A DNA stretch of 20,000 nucleotides from Coniocarpon cinnabarinum (lineage: Eukaryota), in assembly GCA_051942205.1 (NCBI GenBank), contig JAVECO010000120.1, positions 52,544-72,543 on the forward strand, written 5' to 3'. The notes under the pieces were generated by a model, which worked only from the letters and a program-made list of their open reading frames with translations, had not been told where the DNA came from and ran no database searches. Positions 8,850-20,000 of the stretch are shown here, in pieces (position 1 is the first letter of the stretch; each line of letters starts with the position of its first letter). The translations under genes and the position numbers were made by a program.

Positions 8850-10638
8850 ATGCCAGTCTCTTTCAAAGCCGCCATCGCTGGCCTTGGCAGCACTATCCTC
8901 TCTTCCCTTGTCGGCGCCATCCCTACTACTACAGCTGCTCACGAGGTTGACAGCACAATAGCAACTGCGCCACCTTCGATCACAGCAAGACAGGAAGGAC
9001 TATTTGATGGAGCCCTTGGAGCTGCAGATAGCATCGTCGAAGGTCTTGCAGGCGACGTGTCTGAGCTCGGCCAAGTCGCCTCCGCTTATGCAGCCGTCAT
9101 CACGGCTCAGACCGCTACAGCCGTTGCGCCTTCAGAGCCATCGGAGGTTATCAGCATCGTCTCAAACATATTACAGCCGAGTGGCATCAGCGCAGCAGTC
9201 TCAGATGCGCTTGCTTCGCTTGACGATGCGTTAGGTCCTGATGGCAAAATAGCACAAGGCAGCGGAAGTGACTCTGTATGTCCTAGTGCTCTATATCGCG
9301 TTCCAGCTTAGCGTTGCCCGGGAACATAATTTAGAAATCGGCTTTGGATGACGTGCTAACACTCAGGACTAGGATCTGCCTGCGGTGCCCAGCGGTGCAG
9401 ACAACAGCCCACTCAATTCACCAGGCGGTACGAGTGTACTCGACGTGGCTTTCCAGTTCATCACAGATGGAATTGATCTTGGCTCAAAAGCCAACATTTT
9501 CGTCGAGGGCCAACTCGCTGGGACCGTCAATTCCTTTGTTAACAACAACGCGAAGGAGCCAGCTACCCCTGTATATGCATCTAAAGACGCTAGCGACCCA
9601 GCTTACGACGTCCCTGAGTCGCAGCTCCGCAACGCTATCCACAACCCGAGCGACTTCACATACGGGCAAAAGCCTCCAGTCATTTTGGTTCCGGGGACAG
9701 GTACGTGCTGTGCCGACGTCCAGCTTGGAGGTCCCTCTGGCGGATATTTCTGACACAGCCTTGTCGCAGGTACCACGGGTGGCGACAATTTTGCGGGCAA
9801 CATGATCCCCTTACTCACGGATGTCGACTATGCAGACATAGTCTGGCTTAACATCCCCGGCTTCATGCTCGGCGACATTCAGAACAACGCCGAGTATATC
9901 GCCTACGCGATCAATTACATCAGCAGTGTTTCCAACAACGCCAACGTGAGCTTGATCACCTGGTCACAAGGCGGTCTAGCTTCACAGCGGGCTCTGAAAT
10001 ATTGGTAAGCTCCCTGCTCAACAACCACTGAAATCCTTTGAAGTTTTCCGCTCACAAATTTAAGGCCATCCACCCGCAAGGTCGTCTCTAATCTCATCGC
10101 CACATCACCCGACTACCACGGAACAGTCCAAGCCTACTTCCTAAACCCCGCCTTTCCGCGCCTCCCCAACGACCCTTCCATTTTGCAACAAACCGCCAAC
10201 TCTAATTTCATCGCCACGCTCCTTGCTTCCGGCGGGGACAGCGCTTATGTCCCAACCACAAACATCTACTCCTCCTTCTTCGATGAGATCGTCCAGCCGC
10301 AAACAGGCACACAAGCATCGGCGTTCTTGCAAGGCGCCAGTAACAACGAATTGCAGACGCTATGCCCTGGATTGCCTGCTGGCAGCTTCTATACGCACGA
10401 GGGTGTGCTTTATAATCCTGTCACTTTCGGACTTGTGAAAGATGCGTTGGTGAATGGCGGACCGGCGCAGGCGGGACGGATTGGGTTGGACGCGCTTTGT
10501 CCGCTTTTTGTAACGCAAGGATTGGATGTGGAGGATGTGCTTAGCACAGAGGCGACGATTCCGCAGGCGGGGGTTAATTTGTTGTTATTTGAGCCGAAGA
10601 TGCTGCAAGAGCCTGCGATCAAGAATTATGCGGCGTGA
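8850..10638 (+). CDS. Secreted lipase, Candida antarctica lipase B (CalB)-like alpha/beta hydrolase with long N-terminal extension, 520 aa; exons 8850-9275, 9373-9700, 9770-10004, 10065-10638
   Basis: Three GT-AG introns (9276-9372, 9701-9769, 10005-10064) give a continuous frame. It has a signal-peptide-like start and the CalB motifs LVPGTGTTG, TWSQG (nucleophile Ser), SPDYHGT, DEIVQPQ (Asp) and YTHEG (His). Confidence 0.93.
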
Positions 10639-11177
10639 GAGATGTTACAGTACTGATTGTGCCCGCTTAGGTGCAGACAACATAATGGTAATGCATGAAA
10701 GAGCAGGTTCACCCACGCAAAGGCTATTCAAGCTTCTAGTCACAAGTGTGATAGCAGACCATCACTGAGACACGTTCTACGTATGCAAGCTACAAAGGAT
10801 TGGATGCAAATGACAAGACGAGTCAAAGCTTGTTAGACGACGGCGAAGACTAGCTACATACCAACATTGCAAAAGCGATCCCAAAACAAAACCTACGACA
10901 ACGCGTTCGCAACAAAGGATACTCCAATTCGAGGACGTTATTACAAACAGCGCCGCCCCTTTATCGTCCCTGTAAAATAACCTATTCAGTCTTGAGCCAA
11001 TCATGTGAAGAAACCACTCAGAAAGACTCATCCCGTAGTAGCTTCAGCCACGTACACACAGTGAGTCATCCGGCCAAGGATAAGACTTTGCTTGAAGCCC
11101 ATGCTGTTTCATCAGCTGACCAGTGCTCTTAGTGTGTCTTGCAACGCACTGACAGAGTGAGCGCTGTTCAGAATCCC

Positions 11178-12360
11178 TTAAGAGCTCCTGGATGCAATAG
11201 CGCTGTCGTGTTGAGTTCTACCAATGCCGTTCGCTTCATCAACAAGGGTGTCCATATTTCCAGCGCCCGTGAGCTCGACACCGACGTGATTGTGCTTCAT
11301 CGCTTGATCCGAGGGTTCTTTGCCGGCTGAGTTTCCCCAAGTTTCGTCGGAGTGGCTGGAGCGCTTCTTCCAAAACGAGGCAACGCTGCTGCTTAAAAAT
11401 TTGTGAAGCCGCGACAGAATGATTCGCAGAGATGGTAGGCACGCAGCTACTAGGTACATCCCACTTTCGAGATAGGTGGAGATCATTTCAAGGGCTAGGG
11501 TTTCTGGCAATCATTAACGGGAGGGTATATTGCGGTGCAGTAACGAGACCTACTTGTCGTTTCTGTTGTTCCAGGCCGATCCACATACCCTATTCGAATA
11601 TACAGAGCCAAACGAATACAAGCAGACACAATTCCAACGCTTCCGGTCAGAAAAGTTACAACGAGACCAAACTTTTTCGATCGGTCCAAGTTTATTTTCA
11701 TGAGAATAGGAATGGGAAATGCAAGGATTGCCAAGTCGGAGACGATATTTGGAAGACTAGTCCAGGTGATGAAGGATGTGAAATCGACGCATTTGTCGGG
11801 AGGAATGAACTCTGTCCAATAGGCGGAGACAGGATGACACGTGGCTACTCTCGGGACGAACCAGGCAATAGCGTTCGCGATGAGTATTGTGATAATGCCG
11901 TATAAGACTCGACTTGCGCATGTTGAGATTTGGAATATTCGTAAGTACATGGTGCATAGAGATACTCTTGGGATGGTTGTAGCAATCGGATAGAGGACAT
12001 TGATGACATAGGTAGATTTGAAAATAGTGCTTTTGTTTCGTGTTAAAGTTGATTGACTTGGATTGGCGTAGTAAGTTAAGTAAGCTTTACCATTGACTGC
12101 AGCAAATGTTTTCAGTTTCGAAACCTCATATATACCGGAGCCGTCTCACCAATCACAGAGGTACATAGTAGGATGTAAACCAAAAGCGATATTACGATCA
12201 ATACCTCATCCCAGCCAAGGATGGGACGCTTAGTCGTCCTCAAGCGTAGTGCCACAAACCTGAGGCATACGAAAGATGTTGCGAGCGCCATTGATGTCCA
12301 AGCACCTCTGAGCATCTGCTGAAGCTCGTCTTCGTCAGCTGCTGTGGAGCTTTGGGCCAT
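11178..12360 (-). CDS. PTH11-like (fungal rhodopsin-domain) multi-pass membrane protein without CFEM domain, 359 aa; exons 12360-12150, 12096-11554, 11503-11178
   Basis: Introns 12149-12097 (GTGAGA...CAG) and 11553-11504 (GTAGGT...CAG) restore one frame. Family motifs include LRF, GWDE, CHPVSAYW...KC, NIVSDLAILAFPIP, SACIR and E...LVAACLPSLR. Confidence 0.9.
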
Positions 12361-14101
12361 ACCTGGAAAAAATGCGTCCGAAATGCTTTATTGATCAATG
12401 CGATTGATAGTGGAATATTCCTGATGTTTCTGCAAACATAAGAGCGGAGTAAGCAAGCAGCATTTAATAACGTTTGGCTACCCGCTGCAGACTTAGTGCC
12501 CGTCAGAGCCTTGCATAGGAATCATTGACGGATTACCGGGAGATATCGTAGGCGCGTGACGAATCTGAGCTGTCCAAAAATCATTCGCTGCGCTCTTGTA
12601 ACACGCTGACCTGCTTGATCTTTTTGATTGGCGTTTGAACACGGCGCTAAGCACCATGCAAGAGGCTGACATGTACAAGATGAAGCAATTGTGCTATGCA
12701 AAGGTCGAGAAACAAAGCCTTGATATGACTTAGTTGTAACAGTTGAGCATGGCTTTTGGCAGTCAGAGCTTACCCTGATTAGCCCGAAGAAAAGCTCCAT
12801 GACTTCGGATGGAGCCTTCGAACAGCAAGCTCGCAGATAGATTGAATGCCCTTCTCCATTGTGGTGCGCTTCTGCCATGGCGCAAGATGAGGCTATGGTA
12901 AGAATCGTTTCATGACATTCAAAATGCTGGCGATCATCTAATTCTAATGAAGATCGAGGTCCTTGCTGTCTTCGGATTCGATGACTGCCATGCTGTGCTT
13001 CTTAGGTCTCAGGATTATTGTCAAGTCTGCAGATATCACCGAAAACAATATTGTTACGGGTGCATGACAAGATTCTGCCTTCGGGAATTTCCATGCCGCT
13101 TAAGTCAGGATGCATCCCCGATATTTTGCCACAAATCGATGGAGATTCGGGAAGATATCTGCGGCCTCAGATACATATAAAAAATTGAGAAATCAGAGAT
13201 GTAGGTGTGGATAACGGTAGCCTGGACGAAATCAACGTACTGCCTTTACTGCAGAGAGAACCTTCCCTCGGAGAAAACTTTCCTGTTGGAGACAGGTACT
13301 ATGGATACCCCTGCGTTGAGTCGGGTCGCAGGAATCTTCCACAGAGTACTTAGACTGGAACGAGATTTCAGGATGGAAACCCATCCATCGTGAATCGCCA
13401 GCGGGAAGCCTTGACTGATGTCTCATGTCATCCTATTGTCGCAACCCAAGGCGGATTATGTATGAAAAACTCTGAAGTGCGAAAGCTCATGCCTCCGTGG
13501 TTTCAGCGTCAATGCAGGCTGACTGCTGGATCCGGATGGTAGGCCTCCCTGGGCCTTGCTTGCTGCTGGAAAGCCTGAAACTATGCTTCCATGCAGAGGT
13601 CAGCAAAGGAGAGCTTTTAAATTAAAAATGGACCACAACTCCGTAGAGGACTTAGTGGCACAGGCGTCTTGTAGAGTCATTCTTGATGACGCGTAAAGTC
13701 ATTCTTGCAGCAGAGCACTCCATCATTTGGGATCGTCGGAAGCCGGATGCGTCCTCCAGCTGACCTATCCCATTGCGACAGTGCTCACTCGGGCAAATCT
13801 TCTCAGGTGCAACGGCCTGGATGCAACGCGCCGCTGCCACTATCCTCTCTACGGGTAAAATCTCCACCTCAAATGGGAGTAGACATATAATCGACGCGTA
13901 CTGAAAATTGCAGCATTCTTGAAAACCCAGTGACTGCGCTTCTCGTTCTCTTTGCTCAGCTTGTAGAAGAGACAGGCCTTAGTCGTGTCAAACCTGCGTC
14001 CCCAAAAAAGCTTTTCGTCATTTGCCTAAGATTTGACACTACCATTGACTGTAGCAGCTGCGCACTGGAAATTCTTTGTCTGTGTTTGTTTCCTCCCTAG
14101 A

Positions 14102-15160
14102 ATGACTGGCCATGGGATACCGTTTCGTCTTGCTATTCTCCTGAGTCTGTTGTATGTTTTTGTGAAGGTAGATCCCCAACTGGTTAATAGCCTGGGATGC
14201 GGCACGTGGTGGTGTACTCAACCATATCCACCTGGTCATAGCGATCTCGGAACTTCATGGTGGTCCATTGGTGATACCAGCTCCAATTTTACAATCCACT
14301 CTGTCACTAGCGTATTGAACTTGCCAAAAGCCGGGGCGTCTTCTCCTGGCTTCCTAGTAATCAACCCCGCCCTAGAGAATACAGTGCGTACTTTCCATAG
14401 ATGACATTACGTCATCTACGATACTATGAAGCAATCAATCGCTGATGATAATACGAAGGATGTTTTAGATCCAACGGATCGATCCCAGACAAACCAAACA
14501 TTTGCTATGATAAGTATCGCGTCTCAGTCGAACATGTAGGGGGCAAGCAGCGAAGTATATTCCACGCTACTAGTTACTTACACTATTGATCAGATGTAAT
14601 CAATCGTCGCTCTTTTCCAGACTACTACAACAATGGCTCTGCAGGTGCGATCGCGCCTGCACTCATGCACCCTCGGTCTGCGGATGCTCCTGGCCAAGTG
14701 GCATTCGAATGTACGCAGATACTCAGTAAATATACCATGCAAATCGCTAACCATCTAGACACGTGGCTCATTGCATCTGGACAGCCTCAACTTGATATCA
14801 ATGGAGCGACATACCAGAACGACATTTGTAAGCACGTGTTCCTTTCTTACTCTGCATAGAGGCCATGCTTTTCAGTGAAGGCTGAAATCTCATACGCATC
14901 TTTCAGATCCTCCCCAGAGGCCCCTCCAGCTTTGGCTGAAGACTGAATGCACATGTGGGTACGAGGGAATCCTTCCAAGTCATTCATACAGTCACACAGT
15001 CATTCGATTGGAAGATCGAGCATCCAATTTCGGGGAATCTATTAAGAATAGTGCGGCTAGCAACAGCGCACCTTACACTCCAGATGAAGGATTGACGTGG
15101 ATCATCGAGCATAGTAAGATGCCAACATCTGCCATACACCTTATAAATGATGCAAGCTAA
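14102..15160 (+). CDS. Probable small secreted protein of unknown function, about 249 aa; proposed exons 14102-14383, 14459-14513, 14621-14710, 14759-14827, 14907-15160 (exon 2 uncertain)
   Basis: Hydrophobic N-terminus (FRLAILLSLLYVFV). Donors GTGCGT, GTATCG, GTACGC and GTAAGC pair with frame-compatible AG acceptors. The last exon is open for 83 codons (LWLKTECTCG...PSHSYSHTVIRL...TPDEGLTWII). Confidence 0.6.
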
Positions 15161-16802
15161 GTGATAATTTGATAGTCAACATTGAGGACAGTCAATGCAA
15201 GAACACAACCCCTTGCGACGATCGGAACACTGACGAAGAAGCAACTCAGCTCACTTCTATAGCGGAAAGTGACGGCAGTATTGGTTTCCCTAGCAGCTTC
15301 TCTAGCACATTTCCAAGCACAGATACACCGGAGAGCCCCAACATTGTAGCCACAGACAGGGCATACGGCCCGTCCTGCAGCATGTCACAATATCTCATCG
15401 ATGGACACCTCGGCAGTCCGGAATCTTCCACAAAGGCTTTTCACAATCACTATCCACGCCATCAACGAACTCAAGAGCCGAATTGGCAGAATAAGGTGCA
15501 AATGCACTTACAAGACCATACTTCGCAAAAAGAAAAATAGCTGCTCTTTGATGATGTCGATTGTCTAGTCATCATTGGACGGTCATGAATCATTTCTACA
15601 TTCTTAACTTCACTCAGTCATTTGATTTGGCGACGATTCGACACGTGATTTCACGGTTTCTTAGGATATGTTCTACAAAGGGCAATTGCTTTGGAAATCT
15701 GGTTTGTTTGTCTCAAGCCGACGTTGAGTCATTACACCGCAACCTTATGGGAGCAATTGCTACCATATGTAATGTTTATTGACGTATTGAATATTACATT
15801 CTTAGTCGTTACCGTATTCATGATGTCGTTATCAATACCCAAGCCATCTCAACGCCCTCATTGCAATTCAACGTCTTGGCCTTATACCAAGCTTTCTCAA
15901 GTCATTCCCTTCAACCTCAGTCTCACCAAGATGCAACCACGGACTCTTGAGACTGTACCGATGTCATCAGTTCCGCAGAAAGTGTTGGGTTGAATGAGTA
16001 ATTATCATCCATTACGTAGTTTCGCGATCACGGCAGACTCTGAGCGCACCTCTGCATTCCCGCTAGATCGCTGACCGAAAAACTCGCATGAACTCCTAGC
16101 TCACCTGCTTTAATTATTGTAGCGTTCTTCGACATCATCTTACCGCCGCAAGACACGCTCTTCGAGTCATGATTTTCACGTTTCGTGCACTCTCACATGC
16201 TTGGATCACAAGATGATCTTGGCATTTGCTCGAACATTCAACAGCCTATGCAAAGATCTTACGTCTACCTCAGGTCATGTCTCTTCTGCTGGGTAGCCTG
16301 ATCAGTGACTCTCGAAAAGATGAGGTTGAGTCGAGGGAACCGTTCCACTGGCCCAGCCATTCGTCTGACTCATCATAGTTGGTCTGATAGCTTCTTTGGA
16401 TGGCGCGAACCATCCCATATGTCACCATGATATACACAGGATCGTCGCTTCAACCAAGAGCCCAACCCCATCTTCTATTACAACACCAATGTCAAAGACT
16501 CTCAACAATTGGCTGAGATAGCGTGGGAATTGAGTATAAATAGCTGCCGGCGCGCGCTGTAAATCCTTTCTTCTTTTTTTCTCCACCGTACTCGCTACAG
16601 TTTGGCTGCACTCTTGTACAGCACATCACTGATCATAGTTGGTACTCTTGTCTCCCATGGAGACACACACGCACTCCGTTCCTTCTCTTCGCCGCACCAT
16701 GCCTCGCTGGGTGCGGCGTCTCTTCGGTCGGAAGAAACCGAAGCAGAAAGAGTGGAGACCCACTCGGGAGCGAGCTCCCTCCCCTTACCCCCGCCGCGCT
16801 CT

Positions 16803-17077
16803 CTTGATCGACTGAGCCTGCGGCTCTCCCCACTGCGGCGTGCAACCGTCTTGGGGAGCTGCCGTGGGCGAGGCCCTCCGACTCTCTTCCCCCTCCCTTT
16901 GGGCCAGCGGACATCAGCGGCGAACCTACTGGGTTGTATCTTGATCGACCGGAACCTGTGGCTCTCTTCACTGCGGCCTGTAACCTCCTTGAGGAGCTGC
17001 CATAGGTGAGGCCTTCCGACCCCTTCTCCCCTCTCTTTGGGCAAGCGGATTTCAGCAGCGAACCCACTGAGTTGTAT
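16803..17077. repeat. Diverged direct tandem duplication (137 bp and 138 bp)
   Basis: 16803-16939 and 16940-17077 both start CTTGATCGAC and end GTTGTAT. Shared internal blocks are CACTGCGGC, GGAGCTGCC, CTTTGGGC and GCGAACC. Confidence 0.93.
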
Positions 17078-17226
17078 CTTCTCTCCTCATCGCACTTCCT
17101 CAACCCCGCCGCCCCCCGGGACCAGCACGATGGACTTGCACTTTTGCGCAGTGTGCTGGATCAGTACAAGATGTTCATCTGACGTCTTGGAAGCTAGGAC
17201 GAGTCCAACCTTCTCTCCCATGCCGC

Positions 17227-17619
17227 TTGTTGTCTTGCCTTTGTTCGTGTCGTCGCCCTGTTCTTGTTCGCGTCGTCGTCTTGCCTTCGTTCGCGTCATC
17301 GTCCTGCCTTCGTTCGCGTCGTCGTCCTGCCTTCATTCTGGTCGTCATCTCAATCTTGTTCGCCTCGTCGCTCTAGCTTCGTTCGCATCCTCGTCCTACC
17401 TTCGCTCGCGTCATTGTCCGACCTTCGTTGGCGTCGTCGCCCTAGCTTCGTTCGCATCCTCGTCCTACCTTCGCCCGCATCTTCGTCCTACCTTTGCTCG
17501 CATCCTCGTCCTACTTTCGCTCACATCCTTCATCCCATCTTCGCTCGCATCCTTCATCCCACCTTCGCTCGCATCCTCGTTCTGCCTTCGCTCACATCCT
17601 CGTCATACCTTCGTTCGTG
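17227..17619. repeat. 23-bp minisatellite, 17 units (two are 24 bp), consensus about TCSTCGTCCTRCCTTCGYTCGCR
   Basis: Units parsed one by one, for example tcgtcgtcttgccttcgttcgcg, tcatcgtcctgccttcgttcgcg and tcctcgtcctaccttcgctcgcg. Confidence 0.93.
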
Positions 17620-18402
17620 TCGTTCTACCTCGTCTCCGTGTTCACGCTCCCGCTCGCGTCGCCATCCGCTCGCTGTTAAGTTCGCACATTCATCCAGCTT
17701 AATTAAGTGCATATGTCACAACCCTCATGCTTTACCAGTCTTCCAGAAAGATCTCTGGCGCAACATTTTCGTTGATCCATTGCCTCACCAGACAGCACAC
17801 GCGACACAAACACTCGAAAAGATCATGCGCTTCTTGGCCAACGCCATGCCAAAGACGAGTTGCCTGTCTCATGTGGCGATCTGCACCAGAGAACCACGGG
17901 ACGAGGCTTCTATGCTCGTCATGACTTTTGCTAGGAAGCAGGTATATACAGTGTTATGATACAAGACCACCAATCAGGTGACTTTATTACTGTATCAGGC
18001 AGTGCATAAGCTAAGGCTAAGGACGGCTTATGCTTTTCTAGATAGTTACTCCTTACATAGTTTTTTTAACTAATCAACCCTCTTTTACTATACTTAGAAG
18101 GCCTATATTATACTAGGTTATAAGCCTAGCAGCTTTATCTAACATAGAAGACTCTATATAGATATTCTTTAGCAGTAAATAGCCTTTAGCAGCCTTACTG
18201 CTAATATTACTATACTAGTATACTAACTTTAAAGAGTAAATAAATATAACTACCTATATATAGCTATAATATTAAAATAGGTATATTTTTTTTAGTTAGT
18301 TTAATATACTTATACTCTTAAGAGTAATAGTAGTAAGCCTCTAGGTAATTTAGATAGAAGGTAAAGCTCTACTAAGGCCTCTTACTATTACTATTACTAT
18401 AG

Positions 18403-18540
18403 TTTAAGTCTTTAGACTTACTACTATATTTCTATATTCTTAAGTTTATTAGACTTAAATACTAGGCTTTAGCTAGCTTAAGTTTCTTAGACTTACTAGG
18501 CTTCTTTCTATATACTTAAGTTTCTTAGACTTACTATAGT
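18403..18540. repeat. 36-38-bp tandem repeat (about 4 units, core CTTAAGTTTCTTAGACTTA) inside the RIP block
   Basis: Core copies start at 18403, 18439, 18477 and 18515. Confidence 0.75.
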
Positions 18541-18990
18541 TAATTTAAAATAGATACTACTAATTATAGAAATAATTAGTATATATAGTTACCTATAGAC
18601 TTTCTTTTATATAAAATAGAAGTTATAAGTAAATTAGATATAGAAGAACTACTAGAATTTATTTAAAATTAAGCTTCTCTACTAGAAAAAGATAATATAG
18701 ATAAATAGAAGTTATATATATTAGAAAAGATATAATATTAGCTTTAGTAGTAAGATAACTATAAAGTAAGATATATACTACTATAGTATCTACTATAGAG
18801 CCTTATAGTTATACTAAATAGTAAAGATAATACTTAAGATATCTAAAACGCTATTATATAATAATATAGATAGTTAGTAATACTATATCTTATTAAGCTT
18901 GTTAAAAAGCTACTAGATATTACTCTTAAGAGCTTAAATAGCCTTAAAGACTATATATTATACTATTAGCTTTATATTAAAGAGCTCTAT

Positions 18991-19211
18991 TGTTACGCTA
19001 TGCCTAATGTATAATAAAAAGTTACGTGTATTCGCGTTGTAAGGCACTAATATACAAGGACCCTAATATATTAGAACGCGTTTATCTCTAGGACCTTATA
19101 TATATAAGTTACGTATACCCCTATTAACCCTATTATCTTTAGATAGTAGGGATAATAGAAGCAATAGAGCTATAGTATATAGGTTTATACCTTAGTCTAT
19201 ATAGTCTAATA
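18991..19211. mobile_element. Possible nested retrotransposon LTR (right boundary uncertain)
   Basis: Begins TGTTACG and retains TG and CG dinucleotides that are scarce in the flanks. It contains TATATAAG and could end at TAATA, a RIP product of TAACA/TGACA, near a CCTCTCTCTT tract. Confidence 0.45.
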
Positions 19212-20000
19212 GTAAGCCTACCTCTCTCTTTAGCTTAGTATTATTTAAATTTAAAATTAACCTAACTTATAAGTTATAAACTACTAGATTAATTATCTAC
19301 TAGTTTATAGTATACCTTACTTTCTTAGATAGTACTACTACTATTAGATAAAGTAACCTTTACTATAGTAGTATACTAGTTACTCTTCTCTATAGTTCTT
19401 ACTATCTTTATTTCTTTATATTATTTTTTATTATATTTTTTTATAGTAAAGGTTTTTATTCTTAGAATAACTTTATATCTTCTTAGTTACTTAAAGATAG
19501 GGTTCTCTATAGAGGCGTTATACTTTTAAATAATTATTTATAATACTAAATAAGAATTAAAAGGTATATACTACTCTATCTTATAACTAACTCTTCTAGA
19601 TTAAAGGTTCTATTAGAACTCTAAGATAGTTCTTTAAAGAAAGAATATAGTAGGCTACTTTCTACTTAATAACTAATAAGTTTAATATTAGTATAAAGTT
19701 AACTAGTTACTTTAGAACCTATTACTAAAGAAAGTAAAATTAAATATTATTATTTTTTAATAAGTTAACTAAGTACTACTTTACTTAATACTATTAAGAA
19801 ATAATTTAATACTCTACTATAAAAGACGCTTACTAGTTATAGTAATAAAGATAATAATAAAATATCTACTAATATTATTAAGGTTAAATCTTATAAAGAA
19901 GATAAAGTATTTTTTAAACTATTTTTAACTCTATATAAGTTAAATTTTATAATTAATCTATTTAAGTATAAGAAAGATAAAGTAAAGGTTTTCTTTACTA

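Larger units (their letters stand above)
18010..20000. mobile_element. RIP-degraded transposable-element block, running off the window end
   Basis: Abrupt shift to very AT-rich sequence. CpA and TpG are nearly absent, TpA is strongly enriched and the ORF track is empty, which is the classic repeat-induced point mutation signature. The element class cannot be decoded by eye. Confidence 0.9.

Noticed and set aside
222..11957. Numerous antisense or alternate-frame ORFs overlapping the called genes (e.g. 229-615, 2850-3320, 7471-8022, 11432-11905)
   Set aside because: Shadow ORFs of better-supported genes.
12400..14030. Scattered 60-120 aa ORFs between the membrane-protein gene and the secreted-protein gene
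   Set aside because: No motifs or coherent exon chain. Treated as intergenic.
15169..16400. ORFs 15169-15540, 15561-15782, 15691-15993 and a - strand Cys-rich fragment (CPVC...CIC)
   Set aside because: Non-ATG starts, no recognisable motifs and no consistent splice model. A decayed gene cannot be excluded.
16595..17103. Overlapping ORFs on both strands (135-156 aa)
   Set aside because: GC-rich duplicated DNA with a frameshift between copies and no recognisable domain.
17227..17619. Possible CRISPR-like array
   Set aside because: Units are contiguous with no unique spacers, there are no cas genes and the context is eukaryotic.
17037..17959. Long ORFs 17037-17702 (221 aa) and 17264-17959 (231 aa)
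   Set aside because: They run through a 23-bp A-poor minisatellite that lacks stop codons. The same peptides recur in all three frames and the starts are non-ATG.
19275..19309. 15-bp inverted repeat with one mismatch inside the RIP block
   Set aside because: RIP-saturated TA-rich DNA readily produces palindromes, and there is no independent support.

Overview
Genomic DNA from a filamentous ascomycete, judged from short GT-AG introns with CTRAY branch sites and a RIP-mutated block. Bases 1-6274 hold a head-to-tail array of five + strand genes that I cannot assign to a known family. After splicing, all share a CxxC-x(18-22)-CxxH/C-R putative zinc-binding knuckle followed by a Trp-anchored helical segment. 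They come in two subtypes plus one gene that fuses both. They also share an intron position, a C-terminal helical domain and a conserved promoter block. This array is the most interesting element in the window. The middle has ordinary genes: a CsgA-like short-chain dehydrogenase (-), a 4-exon Candida antarctica lipase B-like secreted lipase (+), a 3-exon PTH11-like membrane protein (-) and a probable 5-exon secreted protein (+). Bases 16.5-18.0 kb form a repeat-rich non-coding stretch with a 137/138-bp duplication and a 23-bp minisatellite. From about 18.0 kb to the end is heavily RIP-degraded transposon DNA with a probable nested LTR. All gene models were derived by eye and no database searches were run.
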